Positions 48,801 through 61,744 of a stretch of DNA of 64,000 nucleotides are shown here, one piece after another. Source of the DNA: Leucoraja erinacea (lineage: Eukaryota); NCBI RefSeq assembly GCF_028641065.1, contig NC_073397.1, positions 32,922,001 through 32,986,000 on the forward strand, read 5' to 3'. The translations under genes were made by a program, and so were the position numbers. Numbering within the stretch: the first letter of the stretch is position 1; every line of letters begins with the position of its first letter. The notes under the pieces were generated by a model, which saw only the letters and a list, made by a program, of their open reading frames with translations, searched no databases and was not told the DNA's origin.

Positions 48801-51800
48801 GTTTGTAGGTCAATTGGCTTCAGTAAAGATTGTAAATTGTCTCTAGTGTGTAGGATAGTGTTAGTGTGCAGGGTGATCGCTGGGCCGCTCGGACTCAGTG
48901 GGCCAAAGGGCTTATTTCCCTAATCCATACTAAAATTGCTCGTTATACCAATGAACGTTCCTGCCATGGTAATGCACATTGAGTTCACATTTGAATGGAA
49001 TAATTTGACATTTTACAGGGTATGTTCTGCTCCTCACAAAACAGCTAAATAGTCAATGATTTTGCCCATTCAATTGGATTAAAAAAATCTCCATTCTTGA
49101 AATATTTCCACTTAATTTCATACGGCTAAATTTTCGATAAATATTTCCTGCTCTGGATCTTATGTTGTGATGTTAAATTTTGACTTTATTAATTTTCATA
49201 AGCTGCAAATACTGAGAATATTCAAAATAATCACTGGAGTGTTACAGAATAGAAACATTTTACACATTCCTTTCTTTTTGGTCTCGGACAATATTTTTAG
49301 ATTATTTCCCAGTTCTAACCCCATTTCTTTGTGTTCGCTTTCCTCTTTTCAGCTAAGCAATCTTTTATTAAATCTGCTTCAATAATGGTTGGAGTCTGTA
49401 AATGTCACAAGGAAACATATTGGGTGGCAACTCCTTGCCATCTCCACATCATCGAAATATAAATACACTTTATCCGATCCAACATTCTGAGGCAGCCTCC
49501 AAATGAAGGCTGTTTGTGGAGTTTAAGAGGGCTAATTTAAGATGAATCATAGTGGCTGAAATGATATTTGGCCATGTAAAACCATTCTAGTTGATGAGTT
49601 CTGTAAGGGACGCATTTGATCCGAATAAAGGACTTGCTCATGTTTGATATCACACTTTTGACTTTAGACATTAGAGATACAGCACGGAAACAGTCCCTTC
49701 GGCCCAGCAAGTCCGCGGTGACCAGCCATCACCCCGTACACAAACACTATCCTACACACTAGGGACAATTGACTATTTTACAGCAAAGATGCTAAATAAC
49801 TATATTCCATCTGTGTGTATTCATGTAGATAAGAGGCAACACAAAATGGCATTATTAAAGTATTTGGTAAAATCAACTTGGATAGATTAAGAAGATTGGA
49901 TCTAGGATATTATCCATCCAAAGGCAATCAAAAAGATGGATCTAATGCTCCAGTGAGTCTGAATACTTGTGTGTTTAACAGTTACATAAAGTCTGGGTCG
50001 TACCTCTGATTTGGAAGCTCCCTCGTGCCTCCTGGGTTTCAAGAAAAATAAGAAATGAAAGGCGGGGAACCACAGTCTCATTGACTGGAAAGGATCCTGA
50101 GAGAGAGGTCGGGCCGGAGGTCGGACCGGCAGTCAAGGGTGGCAGCGCCAGTCATGAACGAGCCGCGTGGATGCTGGAGGACGGACGAGTCGCTGAGAAC
50201 AAAGGAGGACCCGTCGTGGGGGGAACCACCATGAGAGGGGGCCTTTTTCGTGGCCCACCATGAGGGGGAGCAGTGGATACAATGAAACATAGAAACATAG
50301 AAAATAGGTGCAGGAGTAGGCCATTCGGCCCTTCGAGCCTGCACTGCCATTCAATATGATCATGGCTGATCATCCAACTCAATATCCCATCCCTGCCTTC
50401 TCTCCATACCCCCTGATCCCTTTAGCCGCAAGGGCCACATCTAACTCCCTCCTAAATATATCCAATGAACTGGCCTCAACTACCTTCCGTAGCAGAGAAT
50501 TCCACAGTATCATTCATTCAATTCAAGTCCATGATGACCATTGGGAGAGGGGAATGTAGACCATGTTACTGTAAAAGCGGCTCAGCGGATGTTATGTTAT
50601 TGTCGGTGGAATAATGTGTGCAGTTTTGGTCACCCCAGCTTGTGGGCGAGATGTCATTAAGCTGGAAAGAGCGCAGAGAAGATTCACGAAGATGTTGCCA
50701 GGACTCTAAGGCATAAGCTGTAGAGAGAGGTTGACCAGGCTCGGACTTAATTCCTTGGACCTCAAGAGGCTGAGGGGTGATCTTACAGAGGTGTATAAAA
50801 GCACAAAGGGAATAGACAGGGTGAATGGACAGAATATTTAACTCCATGTAGTGGAACCAAAATCCCGAGGACATACAATAGGTGAGGGGGGGGGGGGGGG
50901 GGGGTGTGGGGAGGGAGGAGATGAGAGGCAACTTTTTCACATACTAAGGGTGATGACAATAGACACTAGGTGCAGGAGTAGGACATTCGGCCCTTGGAGC
51001 CAGCACCGCTATATATGGTATGAACTGGCAGAGGAAGTAGAAAGGTTTCCCTCTAAACCTATCCTATCCATGTACCTGTCTAAATGTTTCTTAAACGGTA
51101 CAATAGTCCCAGCCTCAACTACCTCCTCCAGCATCTCGTTCCATGTTACCCACTCGGGTTCCTATTAAATCTTCCCCCACCCCCTTCACCTTAAACCTAT
51201 GTCCTCACAGGATCTTGATTCTCTTGCCCAGAGTAGGGGAATCTTTTCCTAGATTGGAATACGAGTCCATTCCTGGATTAATTGGAATCGAAGCACAAAG
51301 TTTGCTTTTAAAGGAGTGGTATTCAATGTAACCTTTGAACTGGCAAACTGAGAAACAAGGCCATTGAACTTGCTCTGTCTCCTGTGAAATACTCCTGTGG
51401 AGTCTATACTGCATGATATATGTGTTTGTGCTTCTGATAAGAGTTGATCTTTAAACCCAAATTTCCGCTATCCTCAATTCTATCTGCAACACTCCCACAT
51501 ATTATCCTTGGAGGAAAATTTAGATTTGCTCTGCCCTTGAATTGTCTTATTTCTCCGTAATTATATATTTAGGACGATGATTGATGCTTTTCCTTGAAAA
51601 TGCGCATGTGCTGACAGAAATAATATTTTACGCCATTTGCCAACTATATTTAATGGTTTAATAACTCCGCAAGGTAATGTGTACATAAAACTGATGTCAT
51701 GGATGATTAACAATGTCAATACCTTGCGGGTGCTAATGGAAGAAATTACGCATCTCCAAGTTATTGAACAATTTTCAATTCCCAAATCTAATTACCGAGA

Positions 51801-54800
51801 GTAAAACGATTGTGGAACTGAGCTAACATTATTTATGTAGTATTGTCTTTCAGGTGTGTATATCCAAGAATTTCAATGTAATAAACGTGTCAAATTAATC
51901 GTTACGTGTGCGGATAAATTCGACTGTGTGTTGGTTATGACTGTAATGAATTAAAATAATGTTACCAATTACCCAGGCTGTTCAGTCAACTATTGATGGA
52001 ATGTTTATTAACAGTCCAATTTTTTTTAAGGTTAACAATATTCTGGTGAATCCTTTCGGAAGTTTTATTGAGCTAACATCACATTGATCCTACAGAGGTG
52101 TGTGAAATCATGAGAGGAATAGATTGGGTAGACATGCAATGTCTCTTGCCCAGAGTTGGGGAATCGAGGACCAGAGGACATAGGTTTAAGATTAAGGGGA
52201 AAAGATTTAAAAGGAATCCTTGGGGTAAGTTTTTGGCACAAAGGGTGGTGGGTGTCTGGAACGAGCTTCCAGTGGAGGTGGTTGAGGCAGGGACTATTGC
52301 AATGGTACATGGATATGGATCAAATGTGGGACTAATGTAGCTGGGTCATGTTGGCCGGTGTGGGCAAGTTGGGCTGAAGGGCCTGTTTCCACGCTGTATC
52401 AACTGTTGAGAATTTTTACCAATGCAGAATATTCATTGTTTGTCTTTCTCTGTAAGATAGTGAAGGCAGATATGTTGATGTATATTGTAGCGCAGAGCAG
52501 TTCATATAATAGATTTTTTTTAAATCATTGACACATCCACCCTAGTGTGTGAGTGGTTGGGTAAACAGGTAATATAGTTCGGGGTGGCACGGCCGTGGAG
52601 TTGCTGCCTTACAGCACCAGGGACCCGGGCTCCATCCCACACTCCAAAGATGTGCAGGTTTGTAGGTTAATTGGCTTCGGTAAATTGTAAATTGTCCCTC
52701 ATGTAGAGCTAGTGTACAGGTTGATCACAGGTCAGAGCAACATCGGCAGGCCGAAGGGCCTGTTTCCGTGCTGTATCTCCAAAGTCTAAAGTAAAATCTA
52801 ACAGTGATTTGGCTATAATTTCCCTCATATTAGTATGGAGGAAAGAATGACAAAGAGAATGTTTCCTTTAACAGTTGAAAATCGTTGAATTATCTGAATG
52901 GGGGCCATGTATGCAAGAGCTGAACCTGACAGTTTTGGTATGACCCTTGTTACTATTTAGTTGTTGCCTGATACTAAAGCCTATGTCTACATTCAACATA
53001 AAAGCAACGGTACCCTTGTAAGTTCTGAGCTTTTGAATTGTTTTTGAGTCCAGGAACAGCCCTGTGCTGCAGGCCAAGAGCAAATGAAAAAAGTATAAGG
53101 GCAGTCACCAAAATATTATCTGATAGGTCAACAAATTACATAATTAAATCAACAAGGTATCGTGCTATTGGCTTTTATTTCCGTTACAGATTCATATTTA
53201 AATGAAAAGTTTTTTGACTAAAAAAAATTTACCCTTTACCTTCTATACTATTGGGATCATAAATGTCTGTTATAATAGATTAAAGTCTAGCCACCTGTGG
53301 GGAAATGGCTACATACGTCTGGGTTGGGTTCCAGCATCTACAGTTCCTTGTGCCTGTAGTTTAATTTTTAATCGATGTGCGTACTGGCACGTTATTGTCT
53401 ACAAAAATAAATTGATGCTTAGGGTATTGATTTGAAGGTTAACTCAGCTTCAGGACGGAGAGCGATATTGAGCAGAGGAGTAGATGGAGATTGCGTCTTG
53501 GTTTCAACATTGGTTTTGGTTTAGTGCTGTGTCAGGTGGTGGGAACTCCCCTGTGGAATGGCCAAGGGACAAAAAAAGCTCAATCTCTCCCTTCCCTTGT
53601 TCTCCCGGGGTCGGGGGCCTCGAGCCTTCCTTGACGGGGTGATCTTGGCTCCCGCAGCCGGCGGTTGGGCCCTCAGCGTCGGGGCGATCAAGCTCCTGCA
53701 TCGGGGGGGGGATTCTCAGCTCCCCTGCGCCGGGCGATTTACCCTGGGTCGGGGCTGGTCGAAACCTTCTGCGTCGATTCGACCTTCCCTACATCGGTCT
53801 CTACCCGAGATTGGGAGCTCCTTGATAGTGAAGTCTGCAGGCTGAGGTTGGAGCATCGATCCCAGGCTCCAATTGTAAGTCCACGTCCCCGCGGTGGGGC
53901 TCATAGTCAGTCCCGAGCAAGGCCGCCAGCTCCATGATGTTAGGCCGCAGAGCAACCGGATATACGATCTGGAAAACAATCGCATCTCCAGCAAGGTAAG
54001 AGATACACCCGACCTCGCCCACCCCCCACATCAATCAATCAATCATTAAAGTATCTGTCAACTCTGCCCCTCTTTCACACAGTTAGTTGAATTTGTATGA
54101 ATTTCCAGCGTGTGTTTCCCATTCAGATTATTAGTCAAACTTTGTCCCCCCTCCAACTCTCTTTTCCAGCTTTCTCCCCACTCTGCTACAAGAAGGGCCC
54201 TGACCCGAAACATCGCCAGTCCATTCTCTCCACAGATGCTGCATGACTTGCTGAGTAACTTCAGCACTTTGTGTTTTACTCCAGATTCCAGCATCTGCAG
54301 TTCTTTGCATCACCTTATCACATGGATACAGGTCACGGAAGATTTATGAAAAGAACAAATTAACAAAATGTAGACACTGGAGTAACTCAGCGGGTCAGGC
54401 AGCATCTGTGGAGAACATGGATAGGTGGCGTTTCACAGAGTGCTGGAGTAACTCAGCGGGTCAGGCAGCACCTCTGGAGAACATGGATAGATGACGTTTC
54501 ACAGAGTGCTGGAGTAACTCAGCGGGCAGGCAGCATCTGTGGAGACGTTTCGGGTCGAGACCCTCCTACGGGCAGTTCATTTCTAACTTCTACACGCTTT
54601 AGATCTTTCCATTTCTAACTCCAGAGATGCTGCCTGGCCCGCTGAGTACCTCAAGCATGTTGTGTCTCTCTTCGGTATAGACCAGCATCTGCAGTTCCTT
54701 TCTACACAGATTAACGAAAGCCCAGACCAGTTGCAAATAAAAAAAACATTCAAAAACAGTAACAATATTTCTCGACTTTCAACTGATTCACTGACTTCAT

Positions 54801-57424
54801 GTTCATTCCAGGACGTGAGTTGGGGGGGAATTTCCAAGTTTTAAATGTGGTAACAACTAATGAGGAAATGTTGATGGCTAGTAAATTTCTTGGAAGCTTC
54901 TGACTTTATGAAACAATCACATTTAATACACAGGAAAGGCTGAACAGAACGCAAGCGTTAATTGAATGGATTTTTGGCGTGACATTTTATTTGTGTACTT
55001 TGTGATTTCCTGCAAGTTAATTTAGTTTGAACATGTCCGACTGGAAGTTGGAGTTTCAGCCATCGTGCCAATCTCCTGGGGGCTTGAGCTAGCGTTGATA
55101 CATTTCAAATATGTTTCAGGTTTGTAATCTATTTTGCGTAAGTAATTGCCATTAGATTCTGGGTTTTGTGTGAGAAAAACCAATGATGAATTACTCATCG
55201 AATTACCTGTGTGTTCTGCAGAGCAGACTCCCCACCATTCACTCCATCTACACCTCTCCATGCCTTGGAAAAGCAGCCAACATAATTTTAGGTAGACAAA
55301 AATGCTGGAGAAACTCAGCAGGTGAGGCAGCATCTATGGAGCGAAGGAATAGGTGGCGTTTCGGGCCGAAACCCTTCATCAGACTGATGAATCTGTCATA
55401 GAGTCTTACAGCATGGAAACAGGCCCTTCGGCCCAACTTGCCCACATGTCCCACCTATACTAATCCCACCTGCCTGTATTTGCCACATATCTCTCTAAAC
55501 CTGCCCGACCCATACACGTGTCTATATGTTTCGTTAAAAAAAAAATTTCACCACAGATGCAGCCTGTCCCGCTGAGTTACTCCAGCATTTTGTGTCTATC
55601 TTCAGTGTAAACCAGCATCTGCAGTTCCCTCCCACAAGTAGAAATAGAATTATATTGAGTAGGGCTGGGTGGTTTTCGGGATAGTTGGAAGTAAAGGTTC
55701 AGTTCTCGAGCTATTTTCATTCATGGTCTTGGATCAATACCTAGAAATTAACAGTTGCTATCAAAAACCATCCTTTAGGTGATCTAAGGAGAATGAGAGG
55801 GACTGTCATATGAGGAAAGATTGAAAAGACTAGGCTTGTATTCACTGGAATTTAGAAGGATGAGGGGGTATCTTATAGAACCATATACAATGAGAAAAGG
55901 ACTGGACAAGCTGGATGTAGGAAATATCAGTTAAACTTGGCATCGAGTGCTGGATTGTTCTATGTTCTTAATATTCAGGTTTATGAAAAATATGAGCCTT
56001 TGTTGACACAAGGATGTTTATTTCCAGATATTAAGCAGGCAATGACAAGGCAGCATAAATATAAGCATGAATATACTAAAATTAGAACAGAGAGCAGCAG
56101 CAATAATGTCAATATTGTTATGTAAAGACGGCCACTCGGCCAAAGGCAGAAATTATATAACGTTCAAGATTAGATTGGACAGACGATGAAGCAATATTTG
56201 ACACGAAGGTCGTAAATATAGAGTCATAGAGTCATACAGCGGGGAAACAGGCCCTTCGGCCCAACTTGCCCATACCGACCAACATGTCCCATCTCATCGA
56301 TCACATGATCACATTGAATGGCGGAGCTGGCTCGAAGGGCCGAATGGCCTACTTCTGCATCTATTGTCTTTTGTCTATTGTCTGTTAAATCAACATTCAT
56401 ACCACTGGGTTGTAAGCAGCCCAATTTATCTTCTTCCTCCCCATTTTAGTTTGTGATCGATTTCCAAGTTAGCTTTATGTTACACTTGTTCAAAAAGCGG
56501 TTTGTGAGAACTGGCAAAATCGAACACCACCTATCACTGGACCGTGTGGGAGAGGGTAAAGAATTGTCTCGCATGGAAATATCTTTCCAAGTTAGTTAAC
56601 ACTCGGTAAACGACCAACGTGGTTTCTTTAATGAGGTATGTCTCTATGTACGTGCTGTCAGGATTCCGTACAAAGATGTTTGCGTTCGTCGAGTTCTTTA
56701 TCCTCTCCTACACCATACAATAATTCCTCAGCACTTCACAGTGTTGGGCTCAGTGGCTGTTGGAACACTTGCCCTTCATATAACTGTTGACAGAGTGTTC
56801 TGAGCAAACAGGGTTTGGTGGGCTGGTAGACGACTCCTTTAGTTGCAATCAATGGTTTGGGGGGGGGGGGGCAGAGAGGAGGGGTGGCAGATGACAGGAA
56901 TTCTCCACCCCCTCTCTCTGCAGAGTAAATATCAAGGACATGAAGGATACACACATTTCTCTAAGAACGACTTTATGAAGCCCCCCCCCCACCACATGTA
57001 AAGTGGCCACATACAAATTTCACGTCCACTCTTGGACACGACAACTAGGCACTTCTGTAACAGGGACCTGCTGGTGTCAGTACCAGCATCTCCTGGTTAT
57101 AGCCCTGTCCCACGGTACGAGTTCATTCCAAGAGCTCTCCCTAGTTTAAAAAAAATATCAAACTTGTGGTACCTGCCTCAACCATCTCCTCCGGCAGCTC
57201 ATTCCATACTCCCACCAAAAAAGTTATCCCTCAGGTTCCTATTAAATCTTCCCTCCTCATCTTAAACCTATGTCCTCTGGTCCTCGGTTCCCCTACTCTG
57301 GGCAAGACTGAGTGTGGGAGTCTTAGTGTACCCACAAACAGAAACAAACCATGATGCAAAATTGATCCGTGCATCTAGCCCGGATTAAAACGGGAAATGT
57401 GTAGGAAGGAACTGCAGATGCTGG

Positions 57425-57629
57425 TTTAAATCGAAAATAGACACAAAAAGCTGGAGTAACTCAGCGGGACAGGCAGCATCTCTGGAGAGAATGGAATGGG
57501 TGACGTTTCGGGTCGAGATAGTGTCTGAAGAAGGGTCTCGACCCGAAACGTCACCCATTCCATTCTCTCCAGAGATGCTGCCTGTCCCACTGAGTTACTC
57601 CAGCTTCTTGTGTCTATCTTCGGTTAAAA
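57425..57629. repeat. Palindromic Penelope-derived repeat with hammerhead motif at 57521-57556
   Basis: Near-perfect inverted arms AGACACAA.AAGCTGGAGTAACTCAG.GGGACAGGCAGCATCTCTGGAGAG...; CTGAAGAAGGGTCTCGACCCGAAACGTC. Confidence 0.75.
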
Positions 57630-58310
57630 CGTGAAGCCTTGCCCCCATCCACACCGGTTGTTTGTTTGTTTGTTTGTCTTTTTGCACAAAGTCCGCGAGC
57701 ATTGCCACTTTTCATTTCACTGCACTTCTCGTATGTGGATGTGACGAATAAACTTGACTTGACTTGACTTGTTCATCCCAAACCCAAGCCCATGGTCCAG
57801 ACTGTGTGGAGGGAGGAAGGAACTGCAGATGCAGGTTTAAACCGAAGACAGCCACACACACAAAAAGCTGGAGTAACTCGGATGCTGCCCTGTCCCGCTG
57901 AGTTACTCCAGCTTCTTGTGTCTGTCTATCCATTGACTTGGCCTCCACAGCCTTCTGTGGCAAATAATTCCACAGATTCACCACCCTCTGACTAAAGAAA
58001 TCCCTCCACATCTCCTTGCTGTGTCGGTTTCAGTCTGAGTGTTGGGGGGTGAAGGGTGGTTGAGACTGAATGTGACGAGCCTGGCGCTGTCTGGGTGGAA
58101 GAGGCGGTGTGTGTATGTGTGTGTGTGTGTGTTGGCCGCGGCGCTGCTGCTGCTACTGAATGTATTTGATGCAGACGGAGCTGTGGGCGGCTGCTGGCGA
58201 GAGACGAGCCCGGTTTCTCTCGTGTTTCATCACAGAAGGGGAGGAGAGGGGAGGAGAGGAGTGGAGGGGAGGGGAGGGGGGTGCTTTGGAAGAGGCACCG
58301 GCGCCTGGGG

Positions 58311-58533
58311 ATGGGGCTGAGAGCCGCACTCTCGGTGCTGGGGTTGGGGCTGGTGTTGTTGGGGGTCGGGGTTGAAGGGGGTTGTGTGGATTTGGGAAAC
58401 TGTTGCAAGGGAAGAGAATCACGATGTCACACCACTGGCTGGCGGCCCGACCGCTCCTACGGTACCTGCTACTGTGACCAGGCTTGTCGACATACCCTGG
58501 ACTGCTGCCACGACTATCCGCTCGCCTGCCCAG
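58311..58533 (+). CDS. Somatomedin-B and thrombospondin type-1 domain protein (SBSPON-like), coding exon 1
   Basis: Signal peptide MGLRAALSVLGLGLVLLGVGVEG and SMB domain GC...CCKGRESRC...TGWRPDRSYGTCYCDQACRHTLDCCHDYPLACP; donor CAG|GTAATA, phase 1. Confidence 0.88.
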
Positions 58534-59289
58534 GTAATACACGCTCTACTCCCCTCCTTTGTAAATAATCCTTTAAAACCTTACCCCGGATTGTTAATCC
58601 GATGTTTAAAGTGGACAAAAATGCTGGAGAATCTCAGCGGGTAAGGTTCCAGTTTGAATTCTGTTTGGAATATTTTGGAGGACAAGAAACTAAACCAAGA
58701 GGCAGCATCGATGTGGAGCGAAGGAAATAGGCGACGTTTCGGGTCTCGACCTTTCTTCAGATTTGTTCATCCGTATGGATTAAAAAAATAGTAATTTTGC
58801 GTTGAAGTCTCCTCCAGACCAATCTAGCCACAAATCCCAAATGTTGACAAACTTTTTTTGGGGGGAAGTTAACTTTGCTGATAAGTTTCATTTAGTTTGT
58901 CACTCACAAAATTGTACATCGAGGTAGAGTTCAAAACTGTTTCTGTTGCTTGCTATAATCCAGTCAGCGGAAAGTCTATAAAGCGATGGTGGAGAGAGAT
59001 TTCCTTTAATCTTGGCGGTGGGACGAATATATCGCGGAGTTTAGACTGGACTTTGAAATATACATCGAGTTTTATACCTCCAGCGTTGCTGGCTGTTGGA
59101 GAGGATATTGGATTATATGTGGGTTACATGTTCCCAAGACCCAGAGCGCAGCATGGTGAAGAAATCCCAAACGTGTTTCACCCCTGGAAGAAAAAAGTCG
59201 TCTGGAAACCACCTGTCAAACTCTGGACCAATTGATGTTAGTTGTTTGAGAGCCGAGATCGAGAGGGGTAGACCTTGGAAATGTACAAT

Positions 59290-59970
59290 TCATCAGGGGA
59301 TAGGAATGCAACGCTGGAGTAACTCAGCGGGACAGGCAGCATCTCTGGAGAGAAGGAATAGGTGACGTTTCGGGTCGAGAGCCTTCTTCAGACTGAGAGT
59401 GGGGGGGTGAGAAAAGAATCAGAACAAATCAGAGCATGCACGAATGGCCAACGAGCCCACAATGGTCTATTGTTGGCTGTGGAAGAGGTGGTGACAGAGG
59501 GATGTGAAGAATGGAACTGGCAGGATGTCTGGGGTGAGGGAGGGATGGAGAGAGAGGGGGCGCAAGGATAACTTGAAATGAGAGAAATCAATATTCATAC
59601 CGCTGGGGTGTAAGGTGCCCAACAAAATATGAGGTGCTGTTCCTCCAATTTGCACGTGGCCTCACTCTGACAATGGAGGAGGCCCAGGTCAGAAAGATCA
59701 GTGTGGATAGACACAAAAATGCTGGAGTAACTCAGCGGGACAGGCAGCATCTCTGGAGAGAAGGAATGGGCGATGTCTCGGGTCGAGACCCTTCTTCTGC
59801 GTGGGAATGGGAGGGGGGTTAAAGCCTTTGGCAACCGGGAGATCGTGTAAGCCAAGGCGGTCTGAGCGGAGGTGTTCAGCGAAACGATCGCCCAGCCTGT
59901 GCCTGGTCTCGTCTATACACAGGAGTCCACACCTGGTCCAGTGGATACAGTAGATGAGGTTGGAGGAGGT
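59290..59970 (-). mobile_element. Penelope-like element 3' remnant (GIY-YIG endonuclease and hammerhead-bearing end)
   Basis: TSSNLIYCIHWTRCGLLCIDETRHRLGDRFAEHLRS...DLPVAKGFN and KLEEQHLIF / LGTLHPSGMNIDF; hammerhead motif downstream at 59360-59394 (-). Confidence 0.8.
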
Positions 59971-59984
59971 CATCATCATCAGCA

Positions 59985-60465
59985 GCGATCACTCAAAATG
60001 AGAATGACTGTCCTCTCCTCTCCATACGGTCGTCTACCTGTGGGTCTGCAGATGTCTGTAGAGGCCGATCCGCGATCCACGCACCTTGGTGCAACGTGGG
60101 CAGTGGAGACTGGTGGTGGTCGTTAGTTGTCGAGCCCCCTTCGCTCTCTATTTACGGTGCTGTCGTTTTGTCTCTGCGACACGGCGTAGTTCCATATCGT
60201 GACGTGCAGCTCCTTCCTGCACGGATTTCCTCCAGGAGCGCCCGTCCAGTGCAATGTGCTCCCAGTTGCTCGATGTGACGTGGAATTTCTTCAGACTGTT
60301 CTTGATGTTGTCCTTGAAGCGTTTCTTTGGCCCGCCGGGGGGCTCGCCGACCTTCCTTCAGTTGAGAGTACAGGATATGTTGAGGGAGACGTGTGTTGGA
60401 CATGCGGATGACATGGCCAGTCCATCGAAGTTGGTGCTGCATTATTGTGGTGGTGATGCTTCCTT
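59985..60465 (-). mobile_element. RTE-clade LINE 3' fragment
   Basis: QHQLRWTGHVIRMSNTRLPQHILYSQLKEGRR. Confidence 0.75.
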
Positions 60466-61441
60466 TCCACCACCCAGAGGAGGTTGATTGAGTTGCGGAG
60501 CAAGGCAACAGGCCGTTCGGCCCAACTTGTTCATGCCGATTAGAACAACATAGAACAGCGCAGCACAGAAACAGGCCCTTCGGCCCACAATGTTTGTGCC
60601 AAGCATGATGCCAAGTTAAACTCATCTCATCTGTCTGCATATGGCCCATATCCCTCTATTCCCTGCACTTCCATGTGCCTGTCTAAAACCCTCTTAAATG
60701 CCACTGACCAATCTGCCTCCCCCACCACCTCTGGCAATGCGTTCCAGTCTCGCACCACCCTCTGTGTAAAATAAAAACACCAGGTTTTTCACCTGTTCCA
60801 CCCATAACCCTCATCCTGGCTTTTAATGTTACTCCTCCTCTTCTCTTTTAACCTTGCACCCTTTAGTAGCATTTGCACCACCAGTTTGTTGTCTATTACT
60901 CCACCCCGTCTGCTAAGGGACTCTGTGCATCCACTTGATCTATTTCTCGCATGCTCTTGTACACCTCTATAATACAGGTATCACCCCCTCATCCTCCTGC
61001 GCTCTAAGAAATGGAGTACCAGCCTGCTCAACTTCTCCCAATAGCTCAGGCCCTCGAGTACTGGCAGCATCCTCGTAAATCTTCTCTGCACCCTTTCCAG
61101 CTTGACAACACCTCTCCTGTAACACGGTGCCCAAAACTGAACCTCCAGCAGTTTGGGTTTTTTTCCCCATGTTTCCAGCTCCTGCATTTCCTTGTGTAAC
61201 CAATACAGCATTTGTCTTTCATATGTTGATAAGTACATAGGATCAGCCATCATTGAATGGCAGGGTACACTTGAAGGGCCGAATGGCCTAATTCTGCGAA
61301 TTAGGCCATTCGGCCCATCAAGCGTACCCTTGCCATTCAATCTTGGCTGATCCGACCCCATCCTCCTGCCTTCTCCCCAAAACCCCTGACAACTATGCTA
61401 AATCAACCTAATCAAATCAAGTCTTTCCTTTCATTTATTAG

Positions 61442-61636
61442 CTCAGTCTTGCAAAGTGGCGGAGTGGAGTTACTGGAGCGGCTGTGCGGAGCCGTGCAAA
61501 AACACGTATCGTGTTCGCCGACGGTACACTGTCCAAGAGCCAAAGAATGGGGGTGAGCCTTGCCCTCCCTTAGAGGAGAGAGCGGGCTGTGTGGAATATC
61601 GCAACGGCAAGGACAAAATGTGCAGGCAGTCCCTTG
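61442..61636 (+). CDS. SBSPON-like coding exon 2 (TSP1 domain)
   Basis: TTATTAG acceptor, phase 1; QSCKVAEWSYWSGCAEPCKNTYRVRRRYTVQEPKNGGEPCPPLEERAGCVEY; donor GTAGGT; gene continues beyond the window. Confidence 0.88.
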
Positions 61637-61744
61637 GTAGGTTGTAAGTCACTTTTATTGCTGTATAAGAATTGTTTTACCATCTCACCAAATGTTAGTT
61701 TAGCTTTGTTTTGAGTTTAGAGATACAGCGCGGAAACATGCCCC

